The translations under genes were made by a program, and so were the position numbers. Shown here piece after piece: positions 1-9,070 of a DNA stretch of 64,000 nucleotides. Within the stretch, counting starts at the first letter, position 1. Every line of letters starts with the position of its first letter. This DNA comes from a virus, in IMG/VR virus record IMGVR_UViG_3300046542_000332, positions 20,720 through 84,719 of that record. One strand, written 5' to 3'. The notes beneath the pieces were generated by a model, which did no database searches, was not told the origin of the DNA, and worked only from the letters and a program-made list of their open reading frames with translations.

Positions 1-871
1 ATAGGCGGCTGCGGCTTTCCTGCGCCCCCTCATTGTTTTCAAAGGCGTGGGCGGCGGTGATCACCACCAGGTTCTCCCCCGCCACGCGGAGCACGTCACC
101 GGCCTGGATCTGTTGGCATATGGTGCTGTCGACGGTCTTGCTGCGCACCAGCACACAGCTGGCGTTGCGCAACTGGCGCTCATCGGCGCGGGCCAGGAAC
201 GCCACGCGCCGGGCCTGGCCCATCTGCCCCCGGATGATCGCGGCCTGGTCGTTGACCGAATAGAACGACGGGATGTCTTGCAGTTGCAGGAACTCGCTTT
301 CGATATTGGCGCTGCTGTCCACCTGGCCGATATCCGCCACCGGTGCCTGCTTGGCCATGTCCGTCAGGCGCATGGCCATGATATTGCCGCCCCTGAGCAC
401 CAGCGCCGCGCCTTCCTCTTGCAGCACCTGCGCCAGCTGGTAACTGGGCTCCTTACCCTTGAAACAGGTAAAGCGCGGGACCGCGAAGTCGCTGGCCACC
501 GGCATGAACGCCCCACAGGCCCTATAGATGGCGCCCAAGGTCGTATTGGTGAGCACCACCGCGCTATTGAGCGGGCGCGCCACTGAGGCGCAGCGATGCA
601 GCAAGGCGGTCACTTTCATGGCCTGCTGCTGATTCTTGCCCTGCACCTGGCCCAAGGGCTGCGCGCGGTCAGTTTTAACGATCTCAAAGCGCAGATTCTC
701 CCGCCCCGCCCATACCGACGTGCCGACCTTGAGCTTTTCCTGTACGCCGTCGATCAGCTTCACCGTGAACTCAAGCGAGCGCGGAATAGGCGTCAGGTCG
801 GAGCGCCCCACCCACTTGAGCAGCACGTCGGTAGGGAGCAGGTCGCCCCCTTCGCGCAGGTAGACGTTCAC
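1..871 (-). CDS. Baseplate hub-like protein (P1 gp6-like), runs off window start
   Basis: Manually translated from GTG at 871 (GTGA overlap with upstream stop): VNVYLREGGDLLPTDVLLKWVGRSDLTPIPRSLEFTVK..., open to base 1; follows gp24-like gene as in P1. Confidence 0.6.
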   Translation of the reverse strand, partial: MNVYLREGGDLLPTDVLLKWVGRSDLTPIPRSLEFTVKLIDGVQEKLKVGTSVWAGRENLRFEIVKTDRAQPLGQVQGKNQQQAMKVTALLHRCASVARPLNSAVVLTNTTLGAIYRACGAFMPVASDFAVPRFTCFKGKEPSYQLAQVLQEEGAALVLRGGNIMAMRLTDMAKQAPVADIGQVDSSANIESEFLQLQDIPSFYSVNDQAAIIRGQMGQARRVAFLARADERQLRNASCVLVRSKTVDSTICQQIQAGDVLRVAGENLVVITAAHAFENNEGAQESRSRL

Positions 872-1650
872 TGCGGCTTACCCCAAATGGTGCCGGCGGC
901 GGTGGTTGTCGAGCCGGTGTTGGTGAACTTGTCGGCGTGTTCCACCACAATGACGTTTGGATAGCCTGGCGGCACCTTGTCTGAGCCGTCGTTGGGCTCG
1001 CCCTCGCCCGGCGCGTCAAAGTAGGGAACTGAGCACTTGAGGGTGACGTCGGCAATCAGGATCTTGATGTTCTTGATGCCGTCGGGCTTGACGTCCATCC
1101 AGTCGATGCGCACCGACTCCAGGGTCTGCGGCATGGGCACCTTGTACTGGCCGAACTCATACACCGCGTCGAAATAGCGGTTTCTCGGCTCCTTGATGAA
1201 CGACGACAGTTGCGCGGCCAGGCTCTGCGCGGATCCGCCCTCGCTGGCGATGATCACCATCTGTAGGCGCCGATCCAGCATGACGTGCTTGTAACCGTAC
1301 CAGGAGCCACCTTCTTCGATCTGCACCATCTGCCGGCCGATGTGATCGCCGCCCCAGTCCGCGCCGGTACCGACAAACGTGTCATCCATGGCCAGCAGCA
1401 GCACGGGAAACAGCGTGCTTTGGCCGGGCTCGCCGTTGGTGTTCTTCGCGTAGGCGCGCAGCATGCTCTCGGCATCGTCGACCATACGCCCGGCCACCCA
1501 CTTCACCGCCTCATTGAGCGGCTTGGCCATGAACGCCTTTACCGCCTTCGTGTCGGCGTAATCGGGGTAGAGGCCGTCCCGCCAGCGTTTCAGGTAATGG
1601 GCAAAGCCGATCTTGATCTGGTCGAAACTGCCGTTCATAGGTTTGTTCAT
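868..1650 (-). CDS. Tail completion/terminator protein (P1 gp24-like)
   Basis: ORF 868..1701; ATG at 1650 has a GAGGTGG RBS; synteny with gp6-like gene. Confidence 0.6.
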   Translation of the reverse strand: MNKPMNGSFDQIKIGFAHYLKRWRDGLYPDYADTKAVKAFMAKPLNEAVKWVAGRMVDDAESMLRAYAKNTNGEPGQSTLFPVLLLAMDDTFVGTGADWGGDHIGRQMVQIEEGGSWYGYKHVMLDRRLQMVIIASEGGSAQSLAAQLSSFIKEPRNRYFDAVYEFGQYKVPMPQTLESVRIDWMDVKPDGIKNIKILIADVTLKCSVPYFDAPGEGEPNDGSDKVPPGYPNVIVVEHADKFTNTGSTTTAAGTIWGKPQ

Positions 1651-1684
1651 AGCCACCTCGATACTTTTCCGGGCGTACCCGGAA

Positions 1685-1701
1685 AAAGTATCCCTATACA
1701 T
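1685..1701 (-). promoter_or_regulatory. Operator-like repeat ATGTATAGGGATACTTT
   Basis: Identical 17-mer at 33391-33407; one mismatch at 23077-23093. Confidence 0.7.
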
Positions 1702-1703
1702 CG

Positions 1704-2186
1704 TTATGCCAAATTAATGAGCGAAAGAGGCGTTCCAGCCTTCACCGTGGGCGCTGGAAGCATCCAAAGGTGCTGCGGGGTCACGCGACCGATAATCTCC
1801 GGGCGAATCAACGGGGTACCCGCCTTTTCAAATGCCCAGGCCACGAACTCGCTACAGAAGAAACGCGCCTTGCGGTCGAATCGGTCGGAGTGCACCAGGA
1901 TCCCAAGCAGCCCCAGGTAATCGTAACCGGCGCCGACCATGCTCAATGCAGCCTGCTTGACGGCCTGCGCATCCTGACAAGGGATGTTGACCAGGGCGGC
2001 GTAGCTGGATTTCTCCAAGCGTTCCTTGAGCGGGGTCAGGCCGACACCGGTGAGCATGTTGGCGCCTATCACCTGATCGCCCACCACGATTTCAACGTGA
2101 CTGAATGCGGACCAGGTAACGCCCCGGATCAGCAGGCTGCCGATCATGCGCCGGCGCGTGAACAGGATCTGTACCGATTGCATCAT
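1704..2186 (-). CDS. Permuted papain-like NlpC/P60 (YiiX/YebB family) protein
   Basis: N-terminal FSHVEI (His), GYDY, C-terminal FFCSEFVAWAF (Cys): circularly permuted order. Confidence 0.85.
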   Translation of the reverse strand: MMQSVQILFTRRRMIGSLLIRGVTWSAFSHVEIVVGDQVIGANMLTGVGLTPLKERLEKSSYAALVNIPCQDAQAVKQAALSMVGAGYDYLGLLGILVHSDRFDRKARFFCSEFVAWAFEKAGTPLIRPEIIGRVTPQHLWMLPAPTVKAGTPLSLINLA

Positions 2187-2953
2187 TGCGCGCCCACCTC
2201 AGCCCACTCGGCATAGGATTGTGGCCAGTAGGCGGTGAAGTCGTAGTCGGTCGGCACTTCGGCGGCGCGCATGGCGGCGTTGTGCTGCTCGGCCACGGTA
2301 AAGATCGCGATGTCGGAGCATTTGACCGCCGCCACGACGTCGAACGCCAGCTGTGCGGTCACCGTGACAAAGGTACCGCCCAACGTTTTCCAGTTAATGG
2401 CCTGGCCCTCGTCGTCGATCAGGGTGTCAGTCATGGCGCCACCAGCGGCCAGCACGTCACGCGCGTCGTCCTTGAGCCCCAGCCACTGGTTACGGCTGAA
2501 TAGGTCGGAGTGCACCCACAAGGTTCCGACCTTGACGCCCGCAATGCTACGGCGATCGCGCTCGTCCTTGATCGCCAACCACGCACGGGCCTGCTCAGTG
2601 GCGTGCTTGGTGGCCACCAGCTCGGCGCTGACCTGCCAACTGCCATCAATCCAGGCATGGGTAGCGGATGGCCGCGGCTCGCGCGTCAAACCCTCAGGCA
2701 GCTCGCCCAGCACAGTGAATTGTTCCGCAGCACCGGTGGCGGTGCTGTAGACCACGCCCCGGTGGTCGAGCCGCAACGCCGGTTTGTCGTCCACCAAGGC
2801 CCACACGTAGCCATCGGGCGCCGCATCGAGCGGCAATCTCAGCGTGAGTGTGTTTTCGGGCACCTGCGGGCCGATACCGGGCACGACAGGGAAAGTTACA
2901 GGGCCGAACAACGCGCCGGCCGGGTCCACCAGATAAATCACGTTCATAGTCAC
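2183..2953 (-). CDS. Tail fibre assembly protein (DUF4376-like C-terminus)
   Basis: DHRGVVYSTATG...PEGLT..PRPS..HAW tail-assembly motif; IKDERDRR..AGVKV..WVHSD; follows fibre gene. Confidence 0.8.
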   Translation of the reverse strand: MTMNVIYLVDPAGALFGPVTFPVVPGIGPQVPENTLTLRLPLDAAPDGYVWALVDDKPALRLDHRGVVYSTATGAAEQFTVLGELPEGLTREPRPSATHAWIDGSWQVSAELVATKHATEQARAWLAIKDERDRRSIAGVKVGTLWVHSDLFSRNQWLGLKDDARDVLAAGGAMTDTLIDDEGQAINWKTLGGTFVTVTAQLAFDVVAAVKCSDIAIFTVAEQHNAAMRAAEVPTDYDFTAYWPQSYAEWAEVGAQ

Positions 2954-2954
2954 C

Positions 2955-3908
2955 TCAGATCAGTTTGATTCGGCCGGGATAGGCAATGTTTCGGCTTCTG
3001 AATCGAATCCAGTTGTTAAACCCTTGGGTGTCTACCGTCACCGAACCCATGACCGCGTTATCGGTAGTCGACGGGTCATACGAACCGGATCCGGAAGGAG
3101 GGAGTGCACCGCTAGGTACCGCTCCTCCAACACCCGCACTAGAAATCCTGCCGTCTGCTTGAGCGTGCGCATTACCAAGAACATACGTGCCAGCCCCCAT
3201 GTCAGAGCCAGTCCATTCCTGCGCGACGGTGCGCAACCATGTGCCGTCCTGCCATGAGCCCGCTGCCCGCGCCGCATCCACTCCGCGCGACTCATCGAGC
3301 ATACGAATGAATTCGCCGCGTCCCTCTGGACTACGGAAGGTCGTTGAGCCGTTGCCGGATGTCCACATGCCCTCTTTGCCGGCGCGCAAGGCTTCGGTGG
3401 TCAGCATTCCTGAGGCTTGCGCGTGATCCCACAACCACGGCCATTCCGCGCGGTTGTAGAGAAGGCCGTTATGACCCGCCCAGCCGCCGGGCTGAAACGC
3501 GGTCGTGGTTTCGAACACCGGGCGACCCAGTGGCGTGCCGTCCAAGCGATCCAACACGCGCCAATTGCCATTGCCATCGCTGCGTAGGTGCCAGAAGTCA
3601 CCCGCCCCCATCAGGACGAAGAACTGGTAGCCCTCGGGGCGCAAATGGGTATGAAACAGGATCTTGTCGGCGCCGACAGCAGCGATCACCAGGCGGTTGC
3701 CGCTGTTGTCGACGCGCTGCACTCGGACATCCATCGAGCGCGAAGCGGCCGGCAAGTAGATGTTAAAGGGGATGGCGCTGGCGTCTGCCAGTAGGAAACC
3801 CGTCTCACTGTCGGTCAGTGTCTTGCCGGCGGTGATGATGGCGTTGTCCATGCCACGCATGGCCAGCAAGCCGCTTTCGATATCGGCTAAATCGTTGGCG
3901 CGACTCAT
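2955..3908 (-). CDS. Short tail fibre protein with collar-like domain
   Basis: PGGW..NG....RAEWPWLW, GNGSTTFRSPEGRGEFIRMLDESRGVD, RSRNIAYPGRIK. Confidence 0.85.
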   Translation of the reverse strand: MSRANDLADIESGLLAMRGMDNAIITAGKTLTDSETGFLLADASAIPFNIYLPAASRSMDVRVQRVDNSGNRLVIAAVGADKILFHTHLRPEGYQFFVLMGAGDFWHLRSDGNGNWRVLDRLDGTPLGRPVFETTTAFQPGGWAGHNGLLYNRAEWPWLWDHAQASGMLTTEALRAGKEGMWTSGNGSTTFRSPEGRGEFIRMLDESRGVDAARAAGSWQDGTWLRTVAQEWTGSDMGAGTYVLGNAHAQADGRISSAGVGGAVPSGALPPSGSGSYDPSTTDNAVMGSVTVDTQGFNNWIRFRSRNIAYPGRIKLI

Positions 3909-4450
3909 TGGGCAGCTCCAGCGGAATCAAAGGTTTGGGATGGCCAGTCGGTGGCCAGCATGTGATCGGCGTAGGTGCCGACCTTTACAGCGGCCAGCAA
4001 CGCCGCCTCACGGTCAAAGCAGGCCTGTACGTAGGCGCTGATAGCGCGCCAAATAGCCAGGATCTGCGGCGCGGTCAGCTCAACAAACCCGTCCGGGGCC
4101 TTGAGGTTGCAGACATAGGCGGGATCGAGCATGGCGCCCATGGCCTTGTCCAGAATCGTCGCTCGCGTATCGCGGTCGGTGGCGATGGCCAGGCCCTTGA
4201 CGGTAACGCCAGCCACCTCGCGGGCATAACGCTCGGCCTTGATGATCGCCGGATAATCTGGCGGGGCTTCGGGGAATGGCTGCTTGGTGATTTCACCGTC
4301 AGCCCCAAGTGTCCATACGCCGTCTGTTTCTTGGGTGATCCGTAGAAACAGGGCGTCTTTGATAGCGACAGCGGTGCTCGGGATGTCGTGAAGGCCTTCG
4401 ATAAGGCAGGTCTTGAGCGTCGAGTCAGCGTTAAATTCAGCGTATTTCAT
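3905..4450 (-). CDS. Tail fibre assembly protein (DUF4376-like)
   Basis: IKAERYAREVAGVTV..IATDRDTR, YVQACFDREAALL. Confidence 0.8.
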   Translation of the reverse strand: MKYAEFNADSTLKTCLIEGLHDIPSTAVAIKDALFLRITQETDGVWTLGADGEITKQPFPEAPPDYPAIIKAERYAREVAGVTVKGLAIATDRDTRATILDKAMGAMLDPAYVCNLKAPDGFVELTAPQILAIWRAISAYVQACFDREAALLAAVKVGTYADHMLATDWPSQTFDSAGAAQ

Positions 4451-4459
4451 AAGCCCCCC

Positions 4460-6415
4460 TTAGTGGCCGATGGCGATGTAGCGCGCGTTGGATGTGCCTA
4501 AGCCATCTGAGCCGTGAACTCGGACGTTCAACGTGGTTTTTGAGATATTTGCCTCGACGACATACGGGGTGATGCCGGCAAGCGCGCCAGTCGTCTTATC
4601 AGACATTGAAACGACGGCCTGAAGCACTGCATTCGGAAACCCAATCGGATACGGAAACGCCAAATCCCCCGTAGTCCCGATGATGGTGCCCCACTGGATA
4701 ATCAGCCCCCCCAGCCAACTGGGGAAAACGATGTAGCCGTTTCGCGCCTTGAGGATCTGAAAGCCCCAGCGCAGTTTCTTTGGGGTCACAATGGTGGCGT
4801 CGTCGGCGCCGGCGTCGGTTTGCGTCTGCGTTGCGACCTTGGCCGTACCTTGGGCCAGCTCCGTCGCTTGCGCGGCCAGCACGGAGAGCGCGGCAATATC
4901 AATGGTTCCCTGGTTGATCGGCGCGTTCCAGGCCTTGATGCACCACATCACCGACAAGTTGCGCGGGCGGGTTTCGGTGCCGACGTTGGAGTCGGTGTTG
5001 CTGGTCATGCTGCGCGTCACGCCGCCCAGTAGGCCGCCAGCGGAGCTTTTGACGCCATTGGAGCCAAAGCTCGTGCCGGCGGTGTTATCGACCAGGATGC
5101 CGTGGCTGTGCGCCTTGGTAAGGTCGCTTTGCAGAGTGCCAATCTCGCGGCCAATGTCGACGCCGCGCCCGTGGTCCCAACCGCGCAGGAACTCGCCACG
5201 CGATTCTGGCAGGGTGCTTCCACCCAAGAAGGCAGCCAAATCCGGGTATACCGCTGGATTAAAGGCGCTGCCGTTGACCTCAAGGAAGCCCGGCGGAACG
5301 ACGCCCCTCGGGAATGGCAGCATGGCGCCAACGGGCAGGCCGCCGGCGGTGGTCAGCAGCGCGGTAATTTCCGCCTTGGTGTAGCTGTCGGCCACCTTGA
5401 ACGATTTGAAGGCCAGGATTTCCAGGCTGTCGCCCAAGTTGCAGGGAGTCGCCAGGGTGATCTTGGAACCGTTGGCGGCCGAGGTGAATTCGGTGATTTC
5501 CCGGCCGTTGCGCAGCACGATGGCGCTACCGACGATGTGAGGCGCGATGAATTCCGCCTGAGCCACAGACGCGACGAACGAATAGCGCTCAAACGCCTTG
5601 CCGCTGCCTACGCCGCCACCCAATTGGAAAAACGTACCGTCGTAGTTGAGGTCGTACAGAGAGCCCGCTTTGATGTCGCCCGCTTCCAGGTCCACCAGGC
5701 CGGTATCGCCGCCACGCTTCACGGCAATGAGCGCGAAGTCTTCAACCTTGGCCGTGACGGCGCCGGTATTGGTGAGCGGCGCCAGGAACTGGAAGCGCTG
5801 GCCGGCGCGCAGGCTCGGCAATGCCGTCTCAAGGGTGTCGAATTTCAGGATCAGGGCGTTGGCGGTGCTGCTGGTTGTGCTCAGGTACGCCAGCGGGCCG
5901 CTGTCATAGGCCATGTCTTCGCGCAGCATGTATTGCGGGTGTGCGTCGGGCGATCCTTCGTGATCAGTCAGGGCCGCCAGCGCCACGCTTTCCAGCGGGT
6001 CAATGGTGAAGCTGATCGAGTTGCCCGGTACCTGCGTAAACGCCAGGTCGTTGAACATCACATAGGGGGTGCCGTCAGTTTTGTAGACCGCCACCTGCCC
6101 ATTGGCCTTGGACCAGACGAACACCAGAACATTGCCCGCCCACCAAGCAATCTCACCGACCGGGACCGTCCCGACATCCTCGCGCCAGGCACTGGTAATG
6201 CGCAGCTGGTAGGGCGTGGGGCGACTGCCACCGGCCACCGGAATCTTGCTGCCCACCGGATCGACCAGCGCCACCTCGTTGCCCGTAGGGTCATAGTGGG
6301 CGCGGCCGAAAGAGACGTGCGTGATTTTGAGTTCAATCCCAACGCTGTCGGCGTTGAACGCAGCCGCTTGGCCCGCCAGCGTCAGCGATGGATTGATGAT
6401 TACAGGATCTGCCAT
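4460..6415 (-). CDS. Main tail fibre protein (baseplate anchor, collar domain, gp53-like C-terminal domain)
   Basis: HEGSPDAHPQY; PVGAMLPF..VPPGFLEVNG..YPDLA..RGEFLRGWDHGRGVD; ETRPRN; GLIIQWG...FPNA. Confidence 0.92.
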   Translation of the reverse strand: MADPVIINPSLTLAGQAAAFNADSVGIELKITHVSFGRAHYDPTGNEVALVDPVGSKIPVAGGSRPTPYQLRITSAWREDVGTVPVGEIAWWAGNVLVFVWSKANGQVAVYKTDGTPYVMFNDLAFTQVPGNSISFTIDPLESVALAALTDHEGSPDAHPQYMLREDMAYDSGPLAYLSTTSSTANALILKFDTLETALPSLRAGQRFQFLAPLTNTGAVTAKVEDFALIAVKRGGDTGLVDLEAGDIKAGSLYDLNYDGTFFQLGGGVGSGKAFERYSFVASVAQAEFIAPHIVGSAIVLRNGREITEFTSAANGSKITLATPCNLGDSLEILAFKSFKVADSYTKAEITALLTTAGGLPVGAMLPFPRGVVPPGFLEVNGSAFNPAVYPDLAAFLGGSTLPESRGEFLRGWDHGRGVDIGREIGTLQSDLTKAHSHGILVDNTAGTSFGSNGVKSSAGGLLGGVTRSMTSNTDSNVGTETRPRNLSVMWCIKAWNAPINQGTIDIAALSVLAAQATELAQGTAKVATQTQTDAGADDATIVTPKKLRWGFQILKARNGYIVFPSWLGGLIIQWGTIIGTTGDLAFPYPIGFPNAVLQAVVSMSDKTTGALAGITPYVVEANISKTTLNVRVHGSDGLGTSNARYIAIGH

Positions 6416-6443
6416 AAAGCCCCCACGGGTTTAGTTATGGCGA

Positions 6444-6485
6444 ATCGTAACGTTCGAAAATCGCCCTAAATCGGGCGACTTTGCA
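6444..6485 (-). promoter_or_regulatory. Putative late promoter (TGCAAA-N30-TACGAT)
   Basis: Motif with exact 30-nt spacer upstream of tail fibre operon. Confidence 0.75.
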
Positions 6486-6488
6486 TGC

Positions 6489-7280
6489 CTAAAGGAGGGC
6501 ATCCATGACGACAGGAATACCGTTGAACACCACCGAGGTATCGCCCATCACCACAAAGGTATGTTTCGGGAAACGCTCAGGCGGCCTGACGCGCTGGCGG
6601 CGGCTGTAGAACAGATTGGTACCGCCCGACAGCATGGCCGCGCCCATCGTCATGCGTGCCTGGATGATCGGCGGCACAAACTGGGCGTTACCCCTGGCGC
6701 GCCCCACCGATACGCCGCGCCCGATGTAGCCTATGGGGATGGTGAGGCGTGAGCGCTGGGCTGCGCGCAGCTCCAGGACAAACCGCGCCGCCACGGCCGT
6801 GCGGGCGGCCTTGAGGATCCGCGCCGGGACAATCTGCGTCTCGATGTCCACGCGCAGGCGGCTGGTCAGGAAGTAGTCCGCCTCATTCTCGCCGGCCGCG
6901 CGGATCTCGGCCTCAGTCATGACGTCTACCGGGTACTCGCCGGCCTTCTTGCACCACAGCTGATCGATGGTGAACACCGGACCAAACAGGGTTTTGAGAT
7001 AGGCGGCCAGAAACGTGGTGCCGCGCTGGGGGTTGCGGTAGCGCCAGGCATGGAACAGATGGCGGATCTGTTCCATGGTGGTAGTGCGCAGGACGGCCAG
7101 GCCATCGCCGACCAAGCTTCGCTCAACGAGGGAGTCCGGGCCGATATGCGGCATGCCGTACAGCCCCACCTCAGTGACCTGATCGTCGATGTGCTGCTTG
7201 TACAGGCTCAGAAACAGCGCCTTGAGTTCGCTTTCTACCTCATCGAACTCGGCACTGCGGACAAGGGGCTTTAACTCCAT
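6489..7280 (-). CDS. Baseplate wedge protein (P1 gp16-like)
   Basis: 263 aa, RNPQRGTTFL..YL motif, located between BplA-like gene and fibre. Confidence 0.65.
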   Translation of the reverse strand: MELKPLVRSAEFDEVESELKALFLSLYKQHIDDQVTEVGLYGMPHIGPDSLVERSLVGDGLAVLRTTTMEQIRHLFHAWRYRNPQRGTTFLAAYLKTLFGPVFTIDQLWCKKAGEYPVDVMTEAEIRAAGENEADYFLTSRLRVDIETQIVPARILKAARTAVAARFVLELRAAQRSRLTIPIGYIGRGVSVGRARGNAQFVPPIIQARMTMGAAMLSGGTNLFYSRRQRVRPPERFPKHTFVVMGDTSVVFNGIPVVMDALL

Positions 7281-7282
7281 GA

Positions 7283-8677
7283 TTAACCCGCCTCTTGCAG
7301 GAGGACTTGCAGGCTGTCGGCGGTGATGTAGCGGTATTGCTCAGGCAGTGGTGTGTCATCGTCCCCGATGCTGTTGACGATCATGTTGCCCAGGCGCGAC
7401 GACAAGGCCGTCACGGCGTTGTCTCTCATCAGCCGGTAAACATCCTTCTCCAGAATCTGCGCCTCGCCGCGCTTGGCCCACGCTGATTCAGGACCGTACT
7501 CATTGAGCAGGATGGTGCGCACTTGCTGCGTGACGGCGCCGGCCTCATACACCGACGGGATGGTCAGCGTCACCACCATGGGCACCACGACATCGACAAC
7601 CGGCACGTATTTGATCTTGTAGCTGTCGTCGGCGCGGCGAATCACCGCCGTTATCTGCGATTCCAAAACTGCTTGCGTGGTCCCGGCCTTGCGTACCGCC
7701 ACGAACAGCGTGTTGATGTTGTCCAGGCTCGGGCCGCGTACAGCTTCCTCTTTGGCTTCGTTCCAGATGCTGAGGAACGTCACCGGGGATATGGCCTTGC
7801 GCACCACAAAATCGAAGTTAGAGCCAAAGACGGCGCTGTCGTCGTAAATGCCGGGGTAGGAACACACCTCGCGCATGGTCGAGATATCCATGGGGTCGGC
7901 GCCGGTCTGGCTGACTTCGAACAGCTCCATGGCCAGCAGCGCGTCAGCGGCGCCACCGGTGTACTCAAAATAGAACTTGAGGCCAGCAGCCAGCGCCACA
8001 GCGCCCTCAGTGTCCTGCACCGTGACCGCGATCTGCTCGCCCACGGCCGGTTGATAGCCCGACAGCCCGTCGATGCCGAATTGCAGGCTCAGCTCACCGG
8101 TTTCGTCCGACTTGATGTTGTAAACGCGCTCCCCGTCTTCGATGTTGGCGAAGTCGGTTGAGTATTCAAACCCGTCGACCAGCACGGCCGCGATAAATCC
8201 CACCTCGGGCTGACTCAGCGGCACCGAGTAAAACGGGCGATAGGTCGCCACCTGGCGGGTGAAAATGCGGGAGCTGACTTGCTTGGCGGTCAGATAGCCA
8301 ATGGCGCCGGCGGCCAGGGTCACGCCAGTGGTCACCAGCCAATAGCGCCCGGCGGCATCTTGTAGCGATCTGCCGGCCGCCACCTGCACCGTCACCAGTG
8401 ACGCGTTGGTCACCTTGATCGCAGCAATGGAAGGCGTACCGAACGGCAAAATGCCTTTGACCGCCGCGTCACTGCGTACTGTCACGTCGCGGGCCATGGT
8501 GAACGGCTCGCCGGCGGTGACTTCCACCTGGTTGCTCACGTCCGCCAGCATGGCCGCCATGGATCCCAGGCTTTGAATAATCAGTGGGTCGCCAATCTGA
8601 TAGCGCAGGGCAATCGTGGGGTAGCTGGCAATCTCATCGACCGCGCTTTGCACGAATTCTGTTTTAGTAACTGCCAC
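7283..8677 (-). CDS. Baseplate J-like wedge protein (P1 BplA-like)
   Basis: 464 aa; EPFTMARD, LQFG..G..P..GE, GADP; synteny pmgA-bplA-16. Confidence 0.75.
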   Translation of the reverse strand: MAVTKTEFVQSAVDEIASYPTIALRYQIGDPLIIQSLGSMAAMLADVSNQVEVTAGEPFTMARDVTVRSDAAVKGILPFGTPSIAAIKVTNASLVTVQVAAGRSLQDAAGRYWLVTTGVTLAAGAIGYLTAKQVSSRIFTRQVATYRPFYSVPLSQPEVGFIAAVLVDGFEYSTDFANIEDGERVYNIKSDETGELSLQFGIDGLSGYQPAVGEQIAVTVQDTEGAVALAAGLKFYFEYTGGAADALLAMELFEVSQTGADPMDISTMREVCSYPGIYDDSAVFGSNFDFVVRKAISPVTFLSIWNEAKEEAVRGPSLDNINTLFVAVRKAGTTQAVLESQITAVIRRADDSYKIKYVPVVDVVVPMVVTLTIPSVYEAGAVTQQVRTILLNEYGPESAWAKRGEAQILEKDVYRLMRDNAVTALSSRLGNMIVNSIGDDDTPLPEQYRYITADSLQVLLQEAG

Positions 8678-8984
8678 GGTTCACGTCCCCCAGGTCCGCC
8701 AGACTCACGTAGGAGCCGTTAATTTCGATATAGATGGTCTTGCGGTCGAGCCCATCATTGGTCGTGTACATGTTGATGGTGCCCGGTGGCAGGGAGGCGA
8801 TAACGGGAATGTCCTCTCGCATCTTGGCCAGGTAGGCGTCAGCAATGGGCGAGCTGAGGGGTTTCTGTAGCAAGTCCTCAGTCGGCGCCCCATAGGTCGA
8901 GCCGTAATAGGTGTACGGCCGGGTACCCACCCAATGCGCAATCATGCGAAAGAGCAGGTCCGTGTTTAGCGTGTCGTCAGCCAT
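8664..8984 (-). CDS. Small baseplate wedge protein (P1 PmgA / gp25-like)
   Basis: HWVGT...YYGSTYG, KMREDIP; position upstream of BplA-like gene. Confidence 0.65.
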   Translation of the reverse strand: MADDTLNTDLLFRMIAHWVGTRPYTYYGSTYGAPTEDLLQKPLSSPIADAYLAKMREDIPVIASLPPGTINMYTTNDGLDRKTIYIEINGSYVSLADLGDVNRGSY

Positions 8985-9012
8985 AAGGCACCGGTAGCGG
9001 TTTATTGATCAC

Positions 9013-9054
9013 ATGATGGCAAACAAAAACCGCCCAATAAGTGGGCGGTTTGCA
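9013..9054 (-). promoter_or_regulatory. Putative late promoter (TGCAAA-N30-CATCAT) overlapping a terminator-like hairpin
   Basis: Exact 30-nt spacer; AAACCGCCC-N7-GGGCGGTTT inverted repeat overlapping the motif. Confidence 0.7.
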
Positions 9055-9070
9055 GTGAAACGACGGCCTG

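Noticed and set aside
1651-1701. Upstream ATG start for the gp24-like gene at 1701
   Set aside because: That ATG is part of the operator repeat; the ATG at 1650 has a proper RBS
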